64,000 bases of DNA, from sequence record OR780565.1. One strand, written 5' to 3'. The translations under genes and the position numbers were made by a program. The notes under the pieces were generated by a model. It worked only from the letters and a program-made list of their open reading frames with translations, was not told the DNA's origin and did not search any database. Below are positions 1 to 10,817 of the stretch, in pieces (position 1 is the stretch's first letter; each line of letters starts with the position of its first letter). This stretch comes from Escherichia phage DCP2.

Positions 1-139
1 TGATATTGAAATAGAAGACAGAGTTGACTTTGCATCATTTGTTTCATCAAATGTTAAACAGAAAGTAGAATCATCTCTTGGAATTATTGCGTCTTGCATA
101 GATATTACAAACATGCCTTACAAGTTCGTTCAAGGATAA
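1..139 (+). CDS. 3' end of an upstream Alt-like ADP-ribosyltransferase paralog (partial)
   Basis: In-frame translation ends ...SSLGIIASCIDITNMPYKFVQG, with stop at 137-139; this C-terminus is paralogous to that of the full alt ORF downstream (..SQILASLVNINGMSKKFKM). Confidence 0.6.
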   Translation, partial: DIEIEDRVDFASFVSSNVKQKVESSLGIIASCIDITNMPYKFVQG

Positions 140-142
140 ATC

Positions 143-2200
143 ATGGAACTTATTACAGAATTATTTGACGGCGCTTCGGCGCCGGTTGTTAACTTAAATC
201 CGAAGCATAAAATACCTCAAATTTTTGCTATTCAAGCAGGCGAAGAAAGTGTGCTTCCTGGATTTAGATTTTGTACATACACCTCTGGCGGTGATACAAA
301 TAAAAACGTTAAGCCAGGCGATAAAATGATGCATATCGTAATGATAGGTGTTAATGAGAAACTATCATTAGTTAAACTTAAAAACTTAGGTGGAAATCCA
401 ATTGGCGTCATTAACGCTGTTTTTGATACTGCTCTTCAAACAATGAAACAGTATAAAATTGACGCATGCTTATTCCGCGTACTAAAAAGTAAAACAAACG
501 GCGCAGCTCGTCAAATGCAAGTTATTGCCGACCGTTTAGTACGTACTAAAGGAGCAGGTCGATATGTTCTTTTAAAGGAAATCTGGGACTACGATAAGAA
601 ATATGCATATATTATGGTTTACCGTAAAAATGCCAATTTAGAAGACATTCCAGGTGTACCTCCTATTTCAACTGAGTTATTCACAAAAGTTGAATCAAAG
701 GTTGGTGATGTTTATGTAGATGTTAAAACAGGCAATGCTGTTCCTAAAGCTGTTGCTGTTGCTGCTTCTATTGCTTTAGAAAACGATAAGCGCACGGATC
801 AAGCTGTTATTCAGAAAACTAAAATTAGTCGTCGGTTAGCAGCACAAGCTCAATATTCTACTGTCGATGCTTCACTTCAGGGTGATAGCTTCGCTGCTAA
901 GAAATATCAAGAGTTTGAATCTAAAGTTCCGGTATATAAAGCAGAAGGACCAATGAACTCTGGCGTTATTCAGGTTGGTTCAAACTTCAGCAAAGGAGCT
1001 ATCGGTGGTATGAGAAGTGCTTCTCGTTTTAAATCTAGTGATTATGAACTAGAAAGCTTCCGAAATCATATTGCATTGGCTCATGCACGTTTACGTGATC
1101 CATCTATCAAGTTACAGAGCGATATATCATATCAAGGTTCTCAAGAATATTTAAAGAATAAAGAATTTTTTGATTATAAAACTGATAAAATTTTAAGTGA
1201 TCTTGCTGACATTAATATTTCTAATAGCTTTGATGTTATTAAGAAAATTATCAATGATTTAGTTAAAGGTTCTAAAGCCACGCCAGATGAAAAGGTAGCT
1301 ATTGTTCAATTTGTCATGAATGGCGTTTATAAATTGATTAATGAGTCTGCTTCTCAAGCGTATGAATATGCAAGTACTGAAGTAACTCCAAAAGGATTAA
1401 CTCAGGCTGAGTCTGATGTAATTGAAGATTATTGTGCAGATTCATATGTTGAAATGAACTCGTTCCTTTTAGGTAAACCAGATTCTACACGTGAAGAATA
1501 CATGGAACGAGCTATTAAACACATCGAGACAATGGATTCTGCCTTTGCCAAAGGATCAGTTCTTCCTCCAGGAACTACACTTTACCGTGGACAAGAAGTT
1601 ACCTTTAAAACTTTACGTCATAATATTGAAAATAAAATGTTCTACTTCAAGAACTTCGTATCCACATCGCTTAAACCAAATATCTTCGGTGAGTATGGTA
1701 AAAACTATATGGCTCTAGATGATTCCGGCACAGTATTTTCTGGTGAAGGAGAAGGTTCTGTTGGCGCTGAAGATTTAATGCATATGGGCAGTCATTCTGC
1801 GTATGCCAATGAAGATGCTGAAACTAGCGTGGGTATGGTAATTAAAGGAGCTGAGCGAATCAAAGTTATCGTTCCAGGTCATTTATCAGGATTTCCATCA
1901 GAAGCTGAAGTTATTCTACCGCGTGGAATTTTGCTGAAGATTAATAAAGTGAGTACGTACATGATGAAAGAAACTGCTTATAACAAGTATCTAATCGAAG
2001 GCACAATCGTTCCTCCTTCTGAACAATTAGAAGAATCGGTATATGATGGTGACCATCTGATGGAAACTGGTGAAGTTCGTCCAATGACTGGATTTAACCA
2101 ATTCCTTGTAGAAGAATCAAAAGAAGAGGAAAATGAAGTTTCTCAAATCTTGGCTTCTTTGGTTAACATCAATGGAATGTCTAAAAAGTTCAAGATGTAG
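143..2200 (+). CDS. alt: Alt, packaged ADP-ribosyltransferase
   Basis: 685 aa (T4 Alt about 682 aa); MELITELFD N-terminus; R-S-E type ART motifs (LYRGQ, FVSTSL, SEAEVILPRG); sits next to gene 54 as in T4. Confidence 0.85.
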   Translation: MELITELFDGASAPVVNLNPKHKIPQIFAIQAGEESVLPGFRFCTYTSGGDTNKNVKPGDKMMHIVMIGVNEKLSLVKLKNLGGNPIGVINAVFDTALQTMKQYKIDACLFRVLKSKTNGAARQMQVIADRLVRTKGAGRYVLLKEIWDYDKKYAYIMVYRKNANLEDIPGVPPISTELFTKVESKVGDVYVDVKTGNAVPKAVAVAASIALENDKRTDQAVIQKTKISRRLAAQAQYSTVDASLQGDSFAAKKYQEFESKVPVYKAEGPMNSGVIQVGSNFSKGAIGGMRSASRFKSSDYELESFRNHIALAHARLRDPSIKLQSDISYQGSQEYLKNKEFFDYKTDKILSDLADINISNSFDVIKKIINDLVKGSKATPDEKVAIVQFVMNGVYKLINESASQAYEYASTEVTPKGLTQAESDVIEDYCADSYVEMNSFLLGKPDSTREEYMERAIKHIETMDSAFAKGSVLPPGTTLYRGQEVTFKTLRHNIENKMFYFKNFVSTSLKPNIFGEYGKNYMALDDSGTVFSGEGEGSVGAEDLMHMGSHSAYANEDAETSVGMVIKGAERIKVIVPGHLSGFPSEAEVILPRGILLKINKVSTYMMKETAYNKYLIEGTIVPPSEQLEESVYDGDHLMETGEVRPMTGFNQFLVEESKEEENEVSQILASLVNINGMSKKFKM

Positions 2201-2229
2201 TTTACAAGTCACTCGTGTTGTGTTATAAT
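2200..2229 (+). promoter_or_regulatory. T4 early-type promoter (GTTTAC-N18-TATAAT)
   Basis: gtttac at 2200-2205 and tataat at 2224-2229, upstream of the 96-aa ORF. Confidence 0.5.
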
Positions 2230-2260
2230 AATCTTACTGACATAACATGAGGAACACAAA

Positions 2261-2551
2261 ATGAAATCTTCTTTGCGCTTTTTAGGTCAAGAACTCATAG
2301 TTGAAGGCGTTATTCCTGCTGATAACGCTTTTAATGAAGCGGTTTACGACGAATTTATCAAAATTTTTGGAACAGATAAAAAGTTCGGAATTTTTCCTTC
2401 TGAAAATTTCTCAAAGCCAGAACAGACTGAAAGCATTTTCCAGGGTGTAGTAACAGGTAAATTTGAGTCAGAAACTCCGGTAAAAATTGAAGTTTATATT
2501 GAAGACAGTTTAGTTGCTTCAGTTGCTGCTTTTATTTCATTCCGTAAATAA
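2261..2551 (+). CDS. hypothetical small protein between alt and gene 54
   Basis: 96-aa ORF with ATG start, preceded by an early-promoter-like element and followed by a hairpin. Confidence 0.5.
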   Translation: MKSSLRFLGQELIVEGVIPADNAFNEAVYDEFIKIFGTDKKFGIFPSENFSKPEQTESIFQGVVTGKFESETPVKIEVYIEDSLVASVAAFISFRK

Positions 2552-2556
2552 AAACA

Positions 2557-2574
2557 TGGGGACCTTTCGGTCCC
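2557..2574. terminator. bidirectional stem-loop (GGGGACC-TTTC-GGTCCCC)
   Basis: Perfect 7-bp inverted repeat between convergent genes (96-aa ORF on plus, gene 54 on minus). Confidence 0.6.
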
Positions 2575-2579
2575 CATTG

Positions 2580-3545
2580 TTATATTGCTCCTAATATTTT
2601 ACTTTGCGAGTTGACAATTCCCGTCATAGTATTAATGTTTGAAATGCTTCCAGCAGTTCCTCCTAATCTACTAAGTCGTGAAAGCGAATTAGATAGTCCA
2701 GTAACACCTCCACTATTTCCGAGAACGCTTTGAATGCCATTTATAGCAGCAGATTCAAGCCATTCAAGCGCAGCTTGTCTATCAACTGCTCCAGCCTGCA
2801 TGACTCTATACGCAAAAGTAACATCAAATGTAGTTATTTGATTATCTCCATCATATGATAACTCAGGAGCGCTCACTGACACTGGAATGCATCCGGTGAA
2901 CATCACAGCAGTATGAGGTAATCCATTACGAGCATGAAGATTAACCTGAATGTCTGCCTCGACATCTTGTGGCAAAGCACGCAGTCCAGTTACTGGGTCT
3001 TGAACAGCGTTAACCCAGTCTTGCATTGCACGATAATTACATGCTTCTGAATCCATTCTAAATGAAATAACCAAAGGGTCTAATTCTCTCCCAGTTATAC
3101 GAATATTAGGAGAATTATAGTTCCAGTCAGTTTCATAGGATAATCTATTCTCTGGCATTTTTACAGAATATATCATCAATCCAGATGAGTTATATGCCAT
3201 GTTAAAGAAGTCAATTAAATATGTACCAACTGTAAATGAGCCCAATAAACTTTGAACTGTACGTTGACTCATGGCACCAATAAGATATTTACTAACCCCT
3301 GATTTTCTTATCAGTTTTTGTGTGCCAGCAGTAATTAGCGTGGTAATTCCCTGATTAATATCGCCTTGAGTCAATCCTAACCAATCTGAATTTAGACCCA
3401 AGTTATTATAAGAAAAGTTGCTAATTGAACTTATCAACGAAGAGCTTTTAGTTGATGGAGTTGTCGCAAAAACGCAGCTAAACATATTATTACGTTGGAA
3501 ATCTGCGTTTATTGCTTGATTATTAAATTCCTCTAAAGAATACAT
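2580..3545 (-). CDS. 54: gp54 baseplate tail-tube initiator
   Basis: 321 aa (T4 gp54 320 aa); position in the 54-48-29-28-27-51 block. Confidence 0.85.
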   Translation of the reverse strand: MYSLEEFNNQAINADFQRNNMFSCVFATTPSTKSSSLISSISNFSYNNLGLNSDWLGLTQGDINQGITTLITAGTQKLIRKSGVSKYLIGAMSQRTVQSLLGSFTVGTYLIDFFNMAYNSSGLMIYSVKMPENRLSYETDWNYNSPNIRITGRELDPLVISFRMDSEACNYRAMQDWVNAVQDPVTGLRALPQDVEADIQVNLHARNGLPHTAVMFTGCIPVSVSAPELSYDGDNQITTFDVTFAYRVMQAGAVDRQAALEWLESAAINGIQSVLGNSGGVTGLSNSLSRLSRLGGTAGSISNINTMTGIVNSQSKILGAI

Positions 3546-4639
3546 TAAAAAGTCCCCGCATATAAAGAAGCACGGTTTAACGTGATAATTTCTCTCATAG
3601 TAATCTCAAGAGTAAATGTACTAGGGAGGTTTGGAGCAATAGCTAATCCGTTAAAGTTACCATTAGGCGTTTTATCAAATCTGATGCTTTGTATTTGGCA
3701 TGGGCCAAATATTTCCGTTTTTCCATCAAACTTAGATGTTGCACCAAAGTTTTTCACCATCCAAATTGTCGGGTTTGAAACTACTAGAACGTTAGTTAAA
3801 CTCGATGTCATTTTCTCAAATAGTGTTTTATTTTTAGCTGCGTCTTCCGGAGATAAAGGTTCAATTAACGTAGAACGATACCAATCATCTAAATACCCCT
3901 TTATTTCAGCAGCATATTGAGATTTGCCCGTTTCACCATAAGAAAAATAGTTAAAATATTGATAGATATTAATAATAGCCATTAAATCTTCTGTGGAACG
4001 TGGAGTCAAATCCCATGTAAACACTTTAGTTCTATTCTCAGCACCACCATACATACTTCTGGCTGTCGTATAAATCTGTTCATTATTGTCAGCCATTATA
4101 CCTTGTGTTATACTTTCCAGTGCCCCAAATACTGCAGTTGAAGCAATATTACTTAGCACACCAGTAGCAGTACCTCCGCCTCTGCTGATAAGACTTTCTT
4201 GAACATCATTAAATCTATGTGATGATGTATCAACATCAGATTTAGATCTTGGTAAAAGAATATTTGCAACAGGGGCTTTACTTATTGTTCCTGAATTATT
4301 ATCTGATATTAATCCATTTGACAGTTTTGATACTGTATTACTGATAGTGTTTCTGGCTGTACGTAAAATACTCGAAGATGAAGAAGAGTAGTTAGATCTC
4401 ATCGATCTAAGACTTCCAGAATCCCTAGATGACATATTGTATGCAGTAAATAATAATCCATTCTTATATAGATCTGTTACCTGGAAGTCCCCTGTAGTGC
4501 CATTACCACTAGCACGCCCAGTTGGAAACTGGGCAGTGTATGTTTTAGTTGCTACTTCTGATTTAGTACTCTGTCCGGCTGAAATTTTCTCACCGGACTT
4601 TTTAATTAAATCAGCAGTTATTTCTTTAACAATTGCCAT
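3545..4639 (-). CDS. 48: gp48 baseplate tail-tube junction protein
   Basis: 364 aa, same as T4 gp48; synteny. Confidence 0.85.
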   Translation of the reverse strand: MAIVKEITADLIKKSGEKISAGQSTKSEVATKTYTAQFPTGRASGNGTTGDFQVTDLYKNGLLFTAYNMSSRDSGSLRSMRSNYSSSSSSILRTARNTISNTVSKLSNGLISDNNSGTISKAPVANILLPRSKSDVDTSSHRFNDVQESLISRGGGTATGVLSNIASTAVFGALESITQGIMADNNEQIYTTARSMYGGAENRTKVFTWDLTPRSTEDLMAIINIYQYFNYFSYGETGKSQYAAEIKGYLDDWYRSTLIEPLSPEDAAKNKTLFEKMTSSLTNVLVVSNPTIWMVKNFGATSKFDGKTEIFGPCQIQSIRFDKTPNGNFNGLAIAPNLPSTFTLEITMREIITLNRASLYAGTF

Positions 4640-4647
4640 ATTATTCC

Positions 4648-6420
4648 TTAATTAACTCCAGTCGCATCAAATACACCGGGAGCAGTCGTGCTCGTTACGG
4701 GTGTCATATTATGAACGACAGTATTTTTCTTAATAACATTATTAGTATTATTGATCGAAGGAGATGCTTGTTGAGCAGGAGCTTGCTGTGCTTTGTTCTT
4801 TTCTATTACCTGGACTTGTTTTGCTTCTGGCGATTTAGCAGAAGTTTCAGGTTTGGCATTAGGCTGATTTTTCTTGAGCTCTTGATATGTAGCATCAATT
4901 TTAGAAAATCTAGCAGCAAGTTCTTTTTTAACTGCCGGTGAATTATTTAAATCCGGGTCATCCATCCGTTTTTTAAGGTCTTCATAGGCAGCTTCAACTG
5001 ATTTAACCGTTGAGTCTTTACTCATATCAGCTGAATCAGCATATTTTTCAAAGCGAATCATTGCGGCACGGGCTTCATTAGCCTTCATTAAAGCATTTTT
5101 TCTTTCTTCAGGTGAAAGTTGCTTTAATTTTTCTTCTTCTGCTGCACGTTCTTCGTCAGTAGTTAGTGCTTCTTTATTATCAACACCACGAATCCAGTTA
5201 GATGCACGAGTTTTCCAGTTCGCAATTTTATCTAGTCCTTCTGCTATTGGACCGAGGTCTCCATTCATTCGTTTATCTTGATAATTTGCTACTTTTTCTT
5301 GGTCTTCTTTATTGAGAGATGCTCCAGTAGAATTTTGGAAATTTTCTAGTGCTCTTCCTTCTACTTCATCAGCGGTATCCTTCATACCAGGAATAACTCG
5401 AAGAATTGCCGCAGATAATTTAGCCATACCTAATTGGATAAGTTCACCTAAATTATAAAGAACCTTTCCAAGCCCTTCTACAATAGCTACTGTCAAACCG
5501 CCCCAATCTCCCGCTTCCCAGAATTTTTTAATTTCATCAATAGAACTAAAGATGCTCTGTAATAAAGGACCCCATGTTCCGGTTTCGCTAGAGAATTTAG
5601 TAAAGTCTGTACTAAACAAATCCCAAGCCTGTGAAAATTTATCTGACCAATATTTAAAATGGACCATCAACAGGTCTATTCCAACAACAACAGCCAATAT
5701 CATTGCAGTCATTTTAGCAGCTTCAATAGCAGCACTGACGGTGTACTTAAATAACATGCTTGATATTTTATCAGTAATTGAAATGGATTTCTTAAATCCA
5801 AAATCAACGGTCTTTGTTAATTTATCTAAAGCTTGAGATAATTTTAAGTTAAATGCGTCTTTTTTCTGTTTTTCTTCTGGCGATTCTTGTTTGGGTTCAA
5901 CTGGCTGAGGGGTAGGGAAAAAATCAGCATCAGGATCATTATTAACTGCTTCAGGAGCCGGTAATAAAGGACCCACAGATTCAGCTGTATCGTCCTCAAC
6001 AACTTTAACAGGAATAGCGCTTTCAACCGTAGCTAAACTAGTTCCTGTTTGTTGAATTCCGGCTGTCTGAATTTTTTGCTCTAGTAAACTTGTTAATTTA
6101 TCTAATTTGCTCCCGAGCGATTCACCGATTTCTTTATTAATATTGTTGCCAATTTCGACAGTTTCAGCAATTAACTCAGAACCAGCAGTAGTATCACTTA
6201 CTGCGCTTTCTACATTGTCAATTGCTCCAATTATTTCATTCGATTTTTCTTCGACAGTTTGAGCAATTAGTTCAGAAGCAGCTTGAGCATCATCCAATTT
6301 CGTAGATATATCGTTAAGTCCAGATAAAGTGTTGGAAGCGGATTTAGCCGCTTCCTGTGTTGGTTTATTATCTGAAATAACTTTTCTACGCATCGTTTGC
6401 ATTTCTTGTGGCTTTTTCAT
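4648..6420 (-). CDS. 29: gp29 baseplate hub / tail length determinator
   Basis: 590 aa, same as T4 gp29; extended coiled-coil-like low-complexity central region; synteny. Confidence 0.85.
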   Translation of the reverse strand: MKKPQEMQTMRRKVISDNKPTQEAAKSASNTLSGLNDISTKLDDAQAASELIAQTVEEKSNEIIGAIDNVESAVSDTTAGSELIAETVEIGNNINKEIGESLGSKLDKLTSLLEQKIQTAGIQQTGTSLATVESAIPVKVVEDDTAESVGPLLPAPEAVNNDPDADFFPTPQPVEPKQESPEEKQKKDAFNLKLSQALDKLTKTVDFGFKKSISITDKISSMLFKYTVSAAIEAAKMTAMILAVVVGIDLLMVHFKYWSDKFSQAWDLFSTDFTKFSSETGTWGPLLQSIFSSIDEIKKFWEAGDWGGLTVAIVEGLGKVLYNLGELIQLGMAKLSAAILRVIPGMKDTADEVEGRALENFQNSTGASLNKEDQEKVANYQDKRMNGDLGPIAEGLDKIANWKTRASNWIRGVDNKEALTTDEERAAEEEKLKQLSPEERKNALMKANEARAAMIRFEKYADSADMSKDSTVKSVEAAYEDLKKRMDDPDLNNSPAVKKELAARFSKIDATYQELKKNQPNAKPETSAKSPEAKQVQVIEKNKAQQAPAQQASPSINNTNNVIKKNTVVHNMTPVTSTTAPGVFDATGVN

Positions 6421-6950
6421 TCAAATAATCCAATAATATTGCCAATTCCAGTTATTGGACCATTAGGGCCAGGAATTGCTAAAGTTGTAAAAATGTCATT
6501 TGCCCATTTTAAAACGAATGCTGGCATCTCAAGAAAATTAATTTCTTTAACTTCATCATTGACCTTAAGCAAGCATTTGGATAACATATCGCTCACAGTT
6601 AAAAATTGTTCAAATTTTCCAGGAGGTCTAAAATAAAATGTATTTCCTTGGTATTGAAATTCTAATCTTTGGCATACATAAACATCATTAATGTCATAAG
6701 TATAACCATCTATTTCTTTACGAGATTTAATCTTTCCATTAAATTCCAATAAATGAATAGAAACGAAATCAACTTCTGCCGGTGACAAATTCGGACAAAT
6801 AGAATCAATAAGAAGTTTTAAATTTTCATCAGGACCTTTAACATCTTTTAAAATGTTATAATGTTTAAGACCCATTTTAGGAATAGAAACTTCTTTATTG
6901 CTTATTGGAAGAACTACTTTCTTCAGTGGTAGTATCAGATTTAAATTCAT
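6417..6950 (-). CDS. 28: gp28 baseplate hub distal subunit
   Basis: 177 aa, same as T4 gp28; ATG start; overlaps the 3' end of gene 27. Confidence 0.8.
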   Translation of the reverse strand: MNLNLILPLKKVVLPISNKEVSIPKMGLKHYNILKDVKGPDENLKLLIDSICPNLSPAEVDFVSIHLLEFNGKIKSRKEIDGYTYDINDVYVCQRLEFQYQGNTFYFRPPGKFEQFLTVSDMLSKCLLKVNDEVKEINFLEMPAFVLKWANDIFTTLAIPGPNGPITGIGNIIGLFE

Positions 6951-8070
6951 TTTTAACCTTAACTGGGTCTATTGTTTCCAGTTTCGTTGCATTAGTGAAC
7001 ATATATAGATGAGTTACTGAATTATTATTGGATAATTCATGAATAACTTCATCAACGTAAAATTCTGTTTTAAATTGGTTTTTACTATCATTAAAAATAA
7101 TTTTAACGCCAGGAGTCAAGTTAAAATTACCGACAGTAGAACATTTAGCATAGCCATCGTATTGCGCCATAGTTTGAAGACGAATAGCTTCTTCGTATCC
7201 ATTCCTATAAGTCATTTCAGAATAAGCACCTGACCTTGACACTACAATAGAGTTTTCGCCCTTTCCTGTAGTAATCATTGGCAATGAAGAATCTAAAAAT
7301 GAATGAGCATAGATAGTAGCGTTTTTCATTGGGTCACGTTTGTGAGGATTCGATTTAGTCAACCAAACGAAATCATACGCTAATGGATATTTTAATTCTT
7401 GGATGAATTGACCTATTAAAGATGGCTCACCGACAATCATTGGATATGGTTCTTGATTTATCATCATATCATAGTCCATCATGTTAACTCCCATGATGTC
7501 TTGCCACACAAACACAAATTTGTCACTTCCTACAGCTAGAGCAACTTCTCTGACATATGACAAATAGTTTTCAAATGTACTAGTCCACGGAATATCAGGA
7601 ACATAAGCATTTATAGCATTTATTGCTGGAGTTAATAATGTGCGATCTTGATAAATGACACCAAGCATTTCCTTTATAGATTCACCTGCGTCAGGGAAAA
7701 ACGGTCTGCCAAATTTAAGATTTTCTATGGAATGAATAGTTCCCAATTCAATAGCAATGATGTTATCACCCTTTGAATCTACTGACACGGAAAAATGCTT
7801 ACATCCATAAATTCGTGTTTTAACGTTATTAATATCGTTTGCATTAGCTACAGAAATCTGAATTATTTCATTTCCATCCATTTTTGTATGGATGTTTTTA
7901 GAATCATAAAACTGCAGCATTCCTTCATTTCGGCCATAAAGAGAATCCCGCATAGTTAATGTGGTAATAGTAGCAGCTAATTCAACAAATCTATTATTAC
8001 TCCAAGCGTCGTAGCTATCAAATAATTTAACGCTGAGATTTGGATATCCAGGGCGTTGCAACATACTCAT
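6895..8070 (-). CDS. 27: gp27 baseplate hub subunit
   Basis: 391 aa, same as T4 gp27; synteny. Confidence 0.85.
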   Translation of the reverse strand: MSMLQRPGYPNLSVKLFDSYDAWSNNRFVELAATITTLTMRDSLYGRNEGMLQFYDSKNIHTKMDGNEIIQISVANANDINNVKTRIYGCKHFSVSVDSKGDNIIAIELGTIHSIENLKFGRPFFPDAGESIKEMLGVIYQDRTLLTPAINAINAYVPDIPWTSTFENYLSYVREVALAVGSDKFVFVWQDIMGVNMMDYDMMINQEPYPMIVGEPSLIGQFIQELKYPLAYDFVWLTKSNPHKRDPMKNATIYAHSFLDSSLPMITTGKGENSIVVSRSGAYSEMTYRNGYEEAIRLQTMAQYDGYAKCSTVGNFNLTPGVKIIFNDSKNQFKTEFYVDEVIHELSNNNSVTHLYMFTNATKLETIDPVKVKNEFKSDTTTEESSSSNKQ

Positions 8071-8819
8071 TATTGTTTATCCTTCTCAATCAGTTTTAAT
8101 ACGAATCCGCGCTCGGCAGGAATCATTTTCATTATTGAATTTAAGCTATAATTACTTTTTACGAGTGTGTGATTAATTTGATAAAAAGTAAATATCTCAT
8201 CTGGGTTAACTAATAGCTTAAACACATCTACTATATCAGTGTATTTTTTTACATACTTATTACAACACGACATATGCAATGTTAAATTAATAGGATTCAT
8301 TGCATCAAGAATTTTTTCTAATGTTTCTATCTCGATGGCATCAACAAGTTCTATTTGACTTGATTCACTAATTTCCTTCCAATCATACCATATTTCATCT
8401 ACTTGAACAGAATGAATATTTTCAGTAATCATCTTTGCTTTATTTTCATAAAACTCAGAAGGAAACTTTAATTTAATTTTAACATTAGCTACATCAAAAA
8501 CAGGTTCCTTTAATTCTTTTTGATATATTTCAAATGGAACTGTCTTTTCTTTTTTACATTTTGGACATACAAATGTGACCGGTACTTTAGTTTTACCTAT
8601 TGACCCTACAAATACCTGCAAAAATATAAATGGTTGCCAAGTCTTCGGATAGTCTCCAAAATAATCGGCAATTAAGTCAGCAATTATTTCTTTTTGTTCT
8701 TGTGGTGACCGATGTTCTATATCGTTTCGAACTAACAAAAAATCTCGATAATCTTCTACCGTAAATGGTTTAAAACGATGAACACCATCTGGTAATTTAC
8801 AACGAATAATGTTTGCCAT
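8070..8819 (-). CDS. 51: gp51 baseplate hub assembly catalyst
   Basis: 249 aa, same as T4 gp51; divergent from gene 26 as in T4. Confidence 0.8.
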   Translation of the reverse strand: MANIIRCKLPDGVHRFKPFTVEDYRDFLLVRNDIEHRSPQEQKEIIADLIADYFGDYPKTWQPFIFLQVFVGSIGKTKVPVTFVCPKCKKEKTVPFEIYQKELKEPVFDVANVKIKLKFPSEFYENKAKMITENIHSVQVDEIWYDWKEISESSQIELVDAIEIETLEKILDAMNPINLTLHMSCCNKYVKKYTDIVDVFKLLVNPDEIFTFYQINHTLVKSNYSLNSIMKMIPAERGFVLKLIEKDKQ

Positions 8820-8836
8820 AGATGCTCCTTTTATTC

Positions 8837-8848
8837 TATTTATAAATA
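8837..8848. promoter_or_regulatory. divergent overlapping late promoters (TATAAATA on both strands)
   Basis: tatttataaata: plus-strand TATAAATA at 8841-8848 (gene 26) and minus-strand TATAAATA at 8837-8844 (gene 51). Confidence 0.65.
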
Positions 8849-8869
8849 TGATAAATAAAGGAGCTAAAT

Positions 8870-9496
8870 ATGTATGAATACAAATTTGATGTGAGAGTTG
8901 GTTCTAAAATAATCAACTGTCGCGCATTTACTCTTAAAGAATATCTAGAACTTATTACTGCTAAAAAGAACGGTTCAGTCGAAGAGATTGTTAAAAAGCT
9001 AATTAAAGACTGTACAAACGCAAAAGATTTAAACCGCCAAGAATCAGAACTACTGCTGATTCATTTATGGGCACATTCTCTTGGAGAAGTTAATCACGAA
9101 AACTCCTGGAAGTGCACCTGTGGAACTGAAATACCAACTCATATAAATCTATTACATACACAAATAGATGCACCAGAAGACCTCTGGTATACACTGGGTG
9201 ACATTAAAATTAAGTTCCATTACCCTAATATTTTTGATGATAAAAATATAGCCCACATGATAGTATCATGTATAGAAACAATTCATGCTAACGGTGAAAG
9301 CATTCCAGTTGAAGACTTAAATGAAAAGGAACTGGAAGATTTATATTCTATCATCACAGAGTCAGATATTGTAGCTATAAAAGATATGCTTTTAAAGCCT
9401 ACTGTTTATTTGGCTGTTCCAATTAAGTGTCCAGAGTGTGGAAAAACTCACGCTCATGTAATAAGAGGACTCAAAGAATTCTTTGAGCTATTGTAA
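8870..9496 (+). CDS. 26: gp26 baseplate hub subunit
   Basis: 208 aa, same as T4 gp26; AAGGAG RBS; late promoter upstream. Confidence 0.85.
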   Translation: MYEYKFDVRVGSKIINCRAFTLKEYLELITAKKNGSVEEIVKKLIKDCTNAKDLNRQESELLLIHLWAHSLGEVNHENSWKCTCGTEIPTHINLLHTQIDAPEDLWYTLGDIKIKFHYPNIFDDKNIAHMIVSCIETIHANGESIPVEDLNEKELEDLYSIITESDIVAIKDMLLKPTVYLAVPIKCPECGKTHAHVIRGLKEFFELL

Positions 9497-9894
9497 TGGC
9501 AAATATTAATAAGCTTTATTCTGACATTGACCCAGAAATGAAAATGGATTGGGACAAAGACGTTTCTAGATCTCTTGGATTAAGGTCAATTAAAAATAGC
9601 CTTTTGGGAATTATTACAACCAGAAAAGGGTCAAGGCCATTTGACCCAGAATTTGGTTGCGATTTATCTGATCAACTTTTTGAGAATATGACTCCTCTTA
9701 CTGCTGATACAGTTGAGCGTAACATCGAAAGCGCGGTAAGAAACTACGAACCGCGTATTGATAAATTAGCAGTTAATGTAATACCAGTTTATGATGATTA
9801 TACTCTGATAGTAGAAATACGCTTTTCGGTCATCGATAACCCTGATGATATTGAGCAGATAAAACTGCAACTGGCTTCCAGTAATAGAGTATAA
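9496..9894 (+). CDS. 25: gp25 baseplate wedge subunit
   Basis: 132 aa, same as T4 gp25; TAATG overlap with gene 26. Confidence 0.85.
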   Translation: MANINKLYSDIDPEMKMDWDKDVSRSLGLRSIKNSLLGIITTRKGSRPFDPEFGCDLSDQLFENMTPLTADTVERNIESAVRNYEPRIDKLAVNVIPVYDDYTLIVEIRFSVIDNPDDIEQIKLQLASSNRV

Positions 9895-9920
9895 TGCTTC
9901 ACGTATAAACGTGGTATAAT
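9895..9920 (+). promoter_or_regulatory. middle-type promoter (MotA box TGCTTCA plus TATAAT)
   Basis: tgcttca at 9895-9901 and tataat at 9915-9920, upstream of uvsY, which is a classic middle gene in T4. Confidence 0.5.
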
Positions 9921-9960
9921 GAATCTAAGTCCATCCAATAACAATTGAATAGAGAACAAT

Positions 9961-10374
9961 ATGAAATTAGAAGATCTTCAAGAAGAATTGAAGAAAGATG
10001 TGTTTATAGATTCGACTAAATTACAGTATGAAGCAGCTAATAATGTGATGTTATATAGTAAATGGCTTAATAAGCATTCAAGTATTAAAAAGGAAATGCT
10101 TAGAATTGAAGCGCAGAAAAAAGTTGCTCTTAAAGCTAAATTAGACTACTACTCGGGACGAGGAGATGGCGATGAATTTAGTATGGATCGTTATGAGAAA
10201 TCAGAAATGAAGACAGTTCTATCAGCTGATAAGGATGTTTTAAAAGTTGATACTTCATTACAATATTGGGGAATTTTATTGGATTTCTGTAGCGGAGCTC
10301 TTGATGCTATTAAATCACGTGGATTTGCTATTAAGCATATTCAAGACATGCGAGCATTTGAGGCTGGAAAATAA
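9961..10374 (+). CDS. uvsY: UvsY recombination mediator
   Basis: 137 aa, same as T4 UvsY; synteny with gene 25 and uvsW. Confidence 0.85.
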   Translation: MKLEDLQEELKKDVFIDSTKLQYEAANNVMLYSKWLNKHSSIKKEMLRIEAQKKVALKAKLDYYSGRGDGDEFSMDRYEKSEMKTVLSADKDVLKVDTSLQYWGILLDFCSGALDAIKSRGFAIKHIQDMRAFEAGK

Positions 10375-10598
10375 TGAAATATAGCATTGATGATGCTTTT
10401 AATTATGAAGAAGAATTCGAAACGGAAATTCAATTCTTAATGAAAAAGTATAATCTCAAGCGTCAGGATATTCGTATCCTGGCCGACCACCCATGCGGTG
10501 AAGATGTACTTTATATTAAAGGAAAATTTGCCGGGTATCTTGATGAGTATTTTTATTCTAAAGATATGGGCATTGATATGCATATGAGAGTTATATAA
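10374..10598 (+). CDS. uvsY.-1-like small protein
   Basis: 74 aa, ATG overlapping the uvsY stop (ATGA); position as in T4. Confidence 0.6.
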   Translation: MKYSIDDAFNYEEEFETEIQFLMKKYNLKRQDIRILADHPCGEDVLYIKGKFAGYLDEYFYSKDMGIDMHMRVI

Positions 10599-10626
10599 AT
10601 AGATATATAATTTAGAGGAGACAATC

Positions 10627-10794
10627 ATGTCAGATAAGATTTGTGTTGTCTGTAAAACTCCAATCGATTCTGCATTGGTTGTTGAAACAGACAAAGGTCC
10701 TGTACATCCTGGGCCTTGTTATAATTACATTAAAGAACTACCGGTTTCAGAAAGTTCGGAAGAACAATTAAATGAAACACAACTTTTGCTATAG
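10627..10794 (+). CDS. uvsY.-2-like small Cys-containing protein (not in the ORF track)
   Basis: 55-aa ORF MSDKICVVCKTPIDS...GPCYNY with CxxC...C spacing; GGAG RBS; followed by a hairpin and T-run. Confidence 0.5.
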   Translation: MSDKICVVCKTPIDSALVVETDKGPVHPGPCYNYIKELPVSESSEEQLNETQLLL

Positions 10795-10817
10795 TGTGAC
10801 CTTTAGTCTATAGTTTT

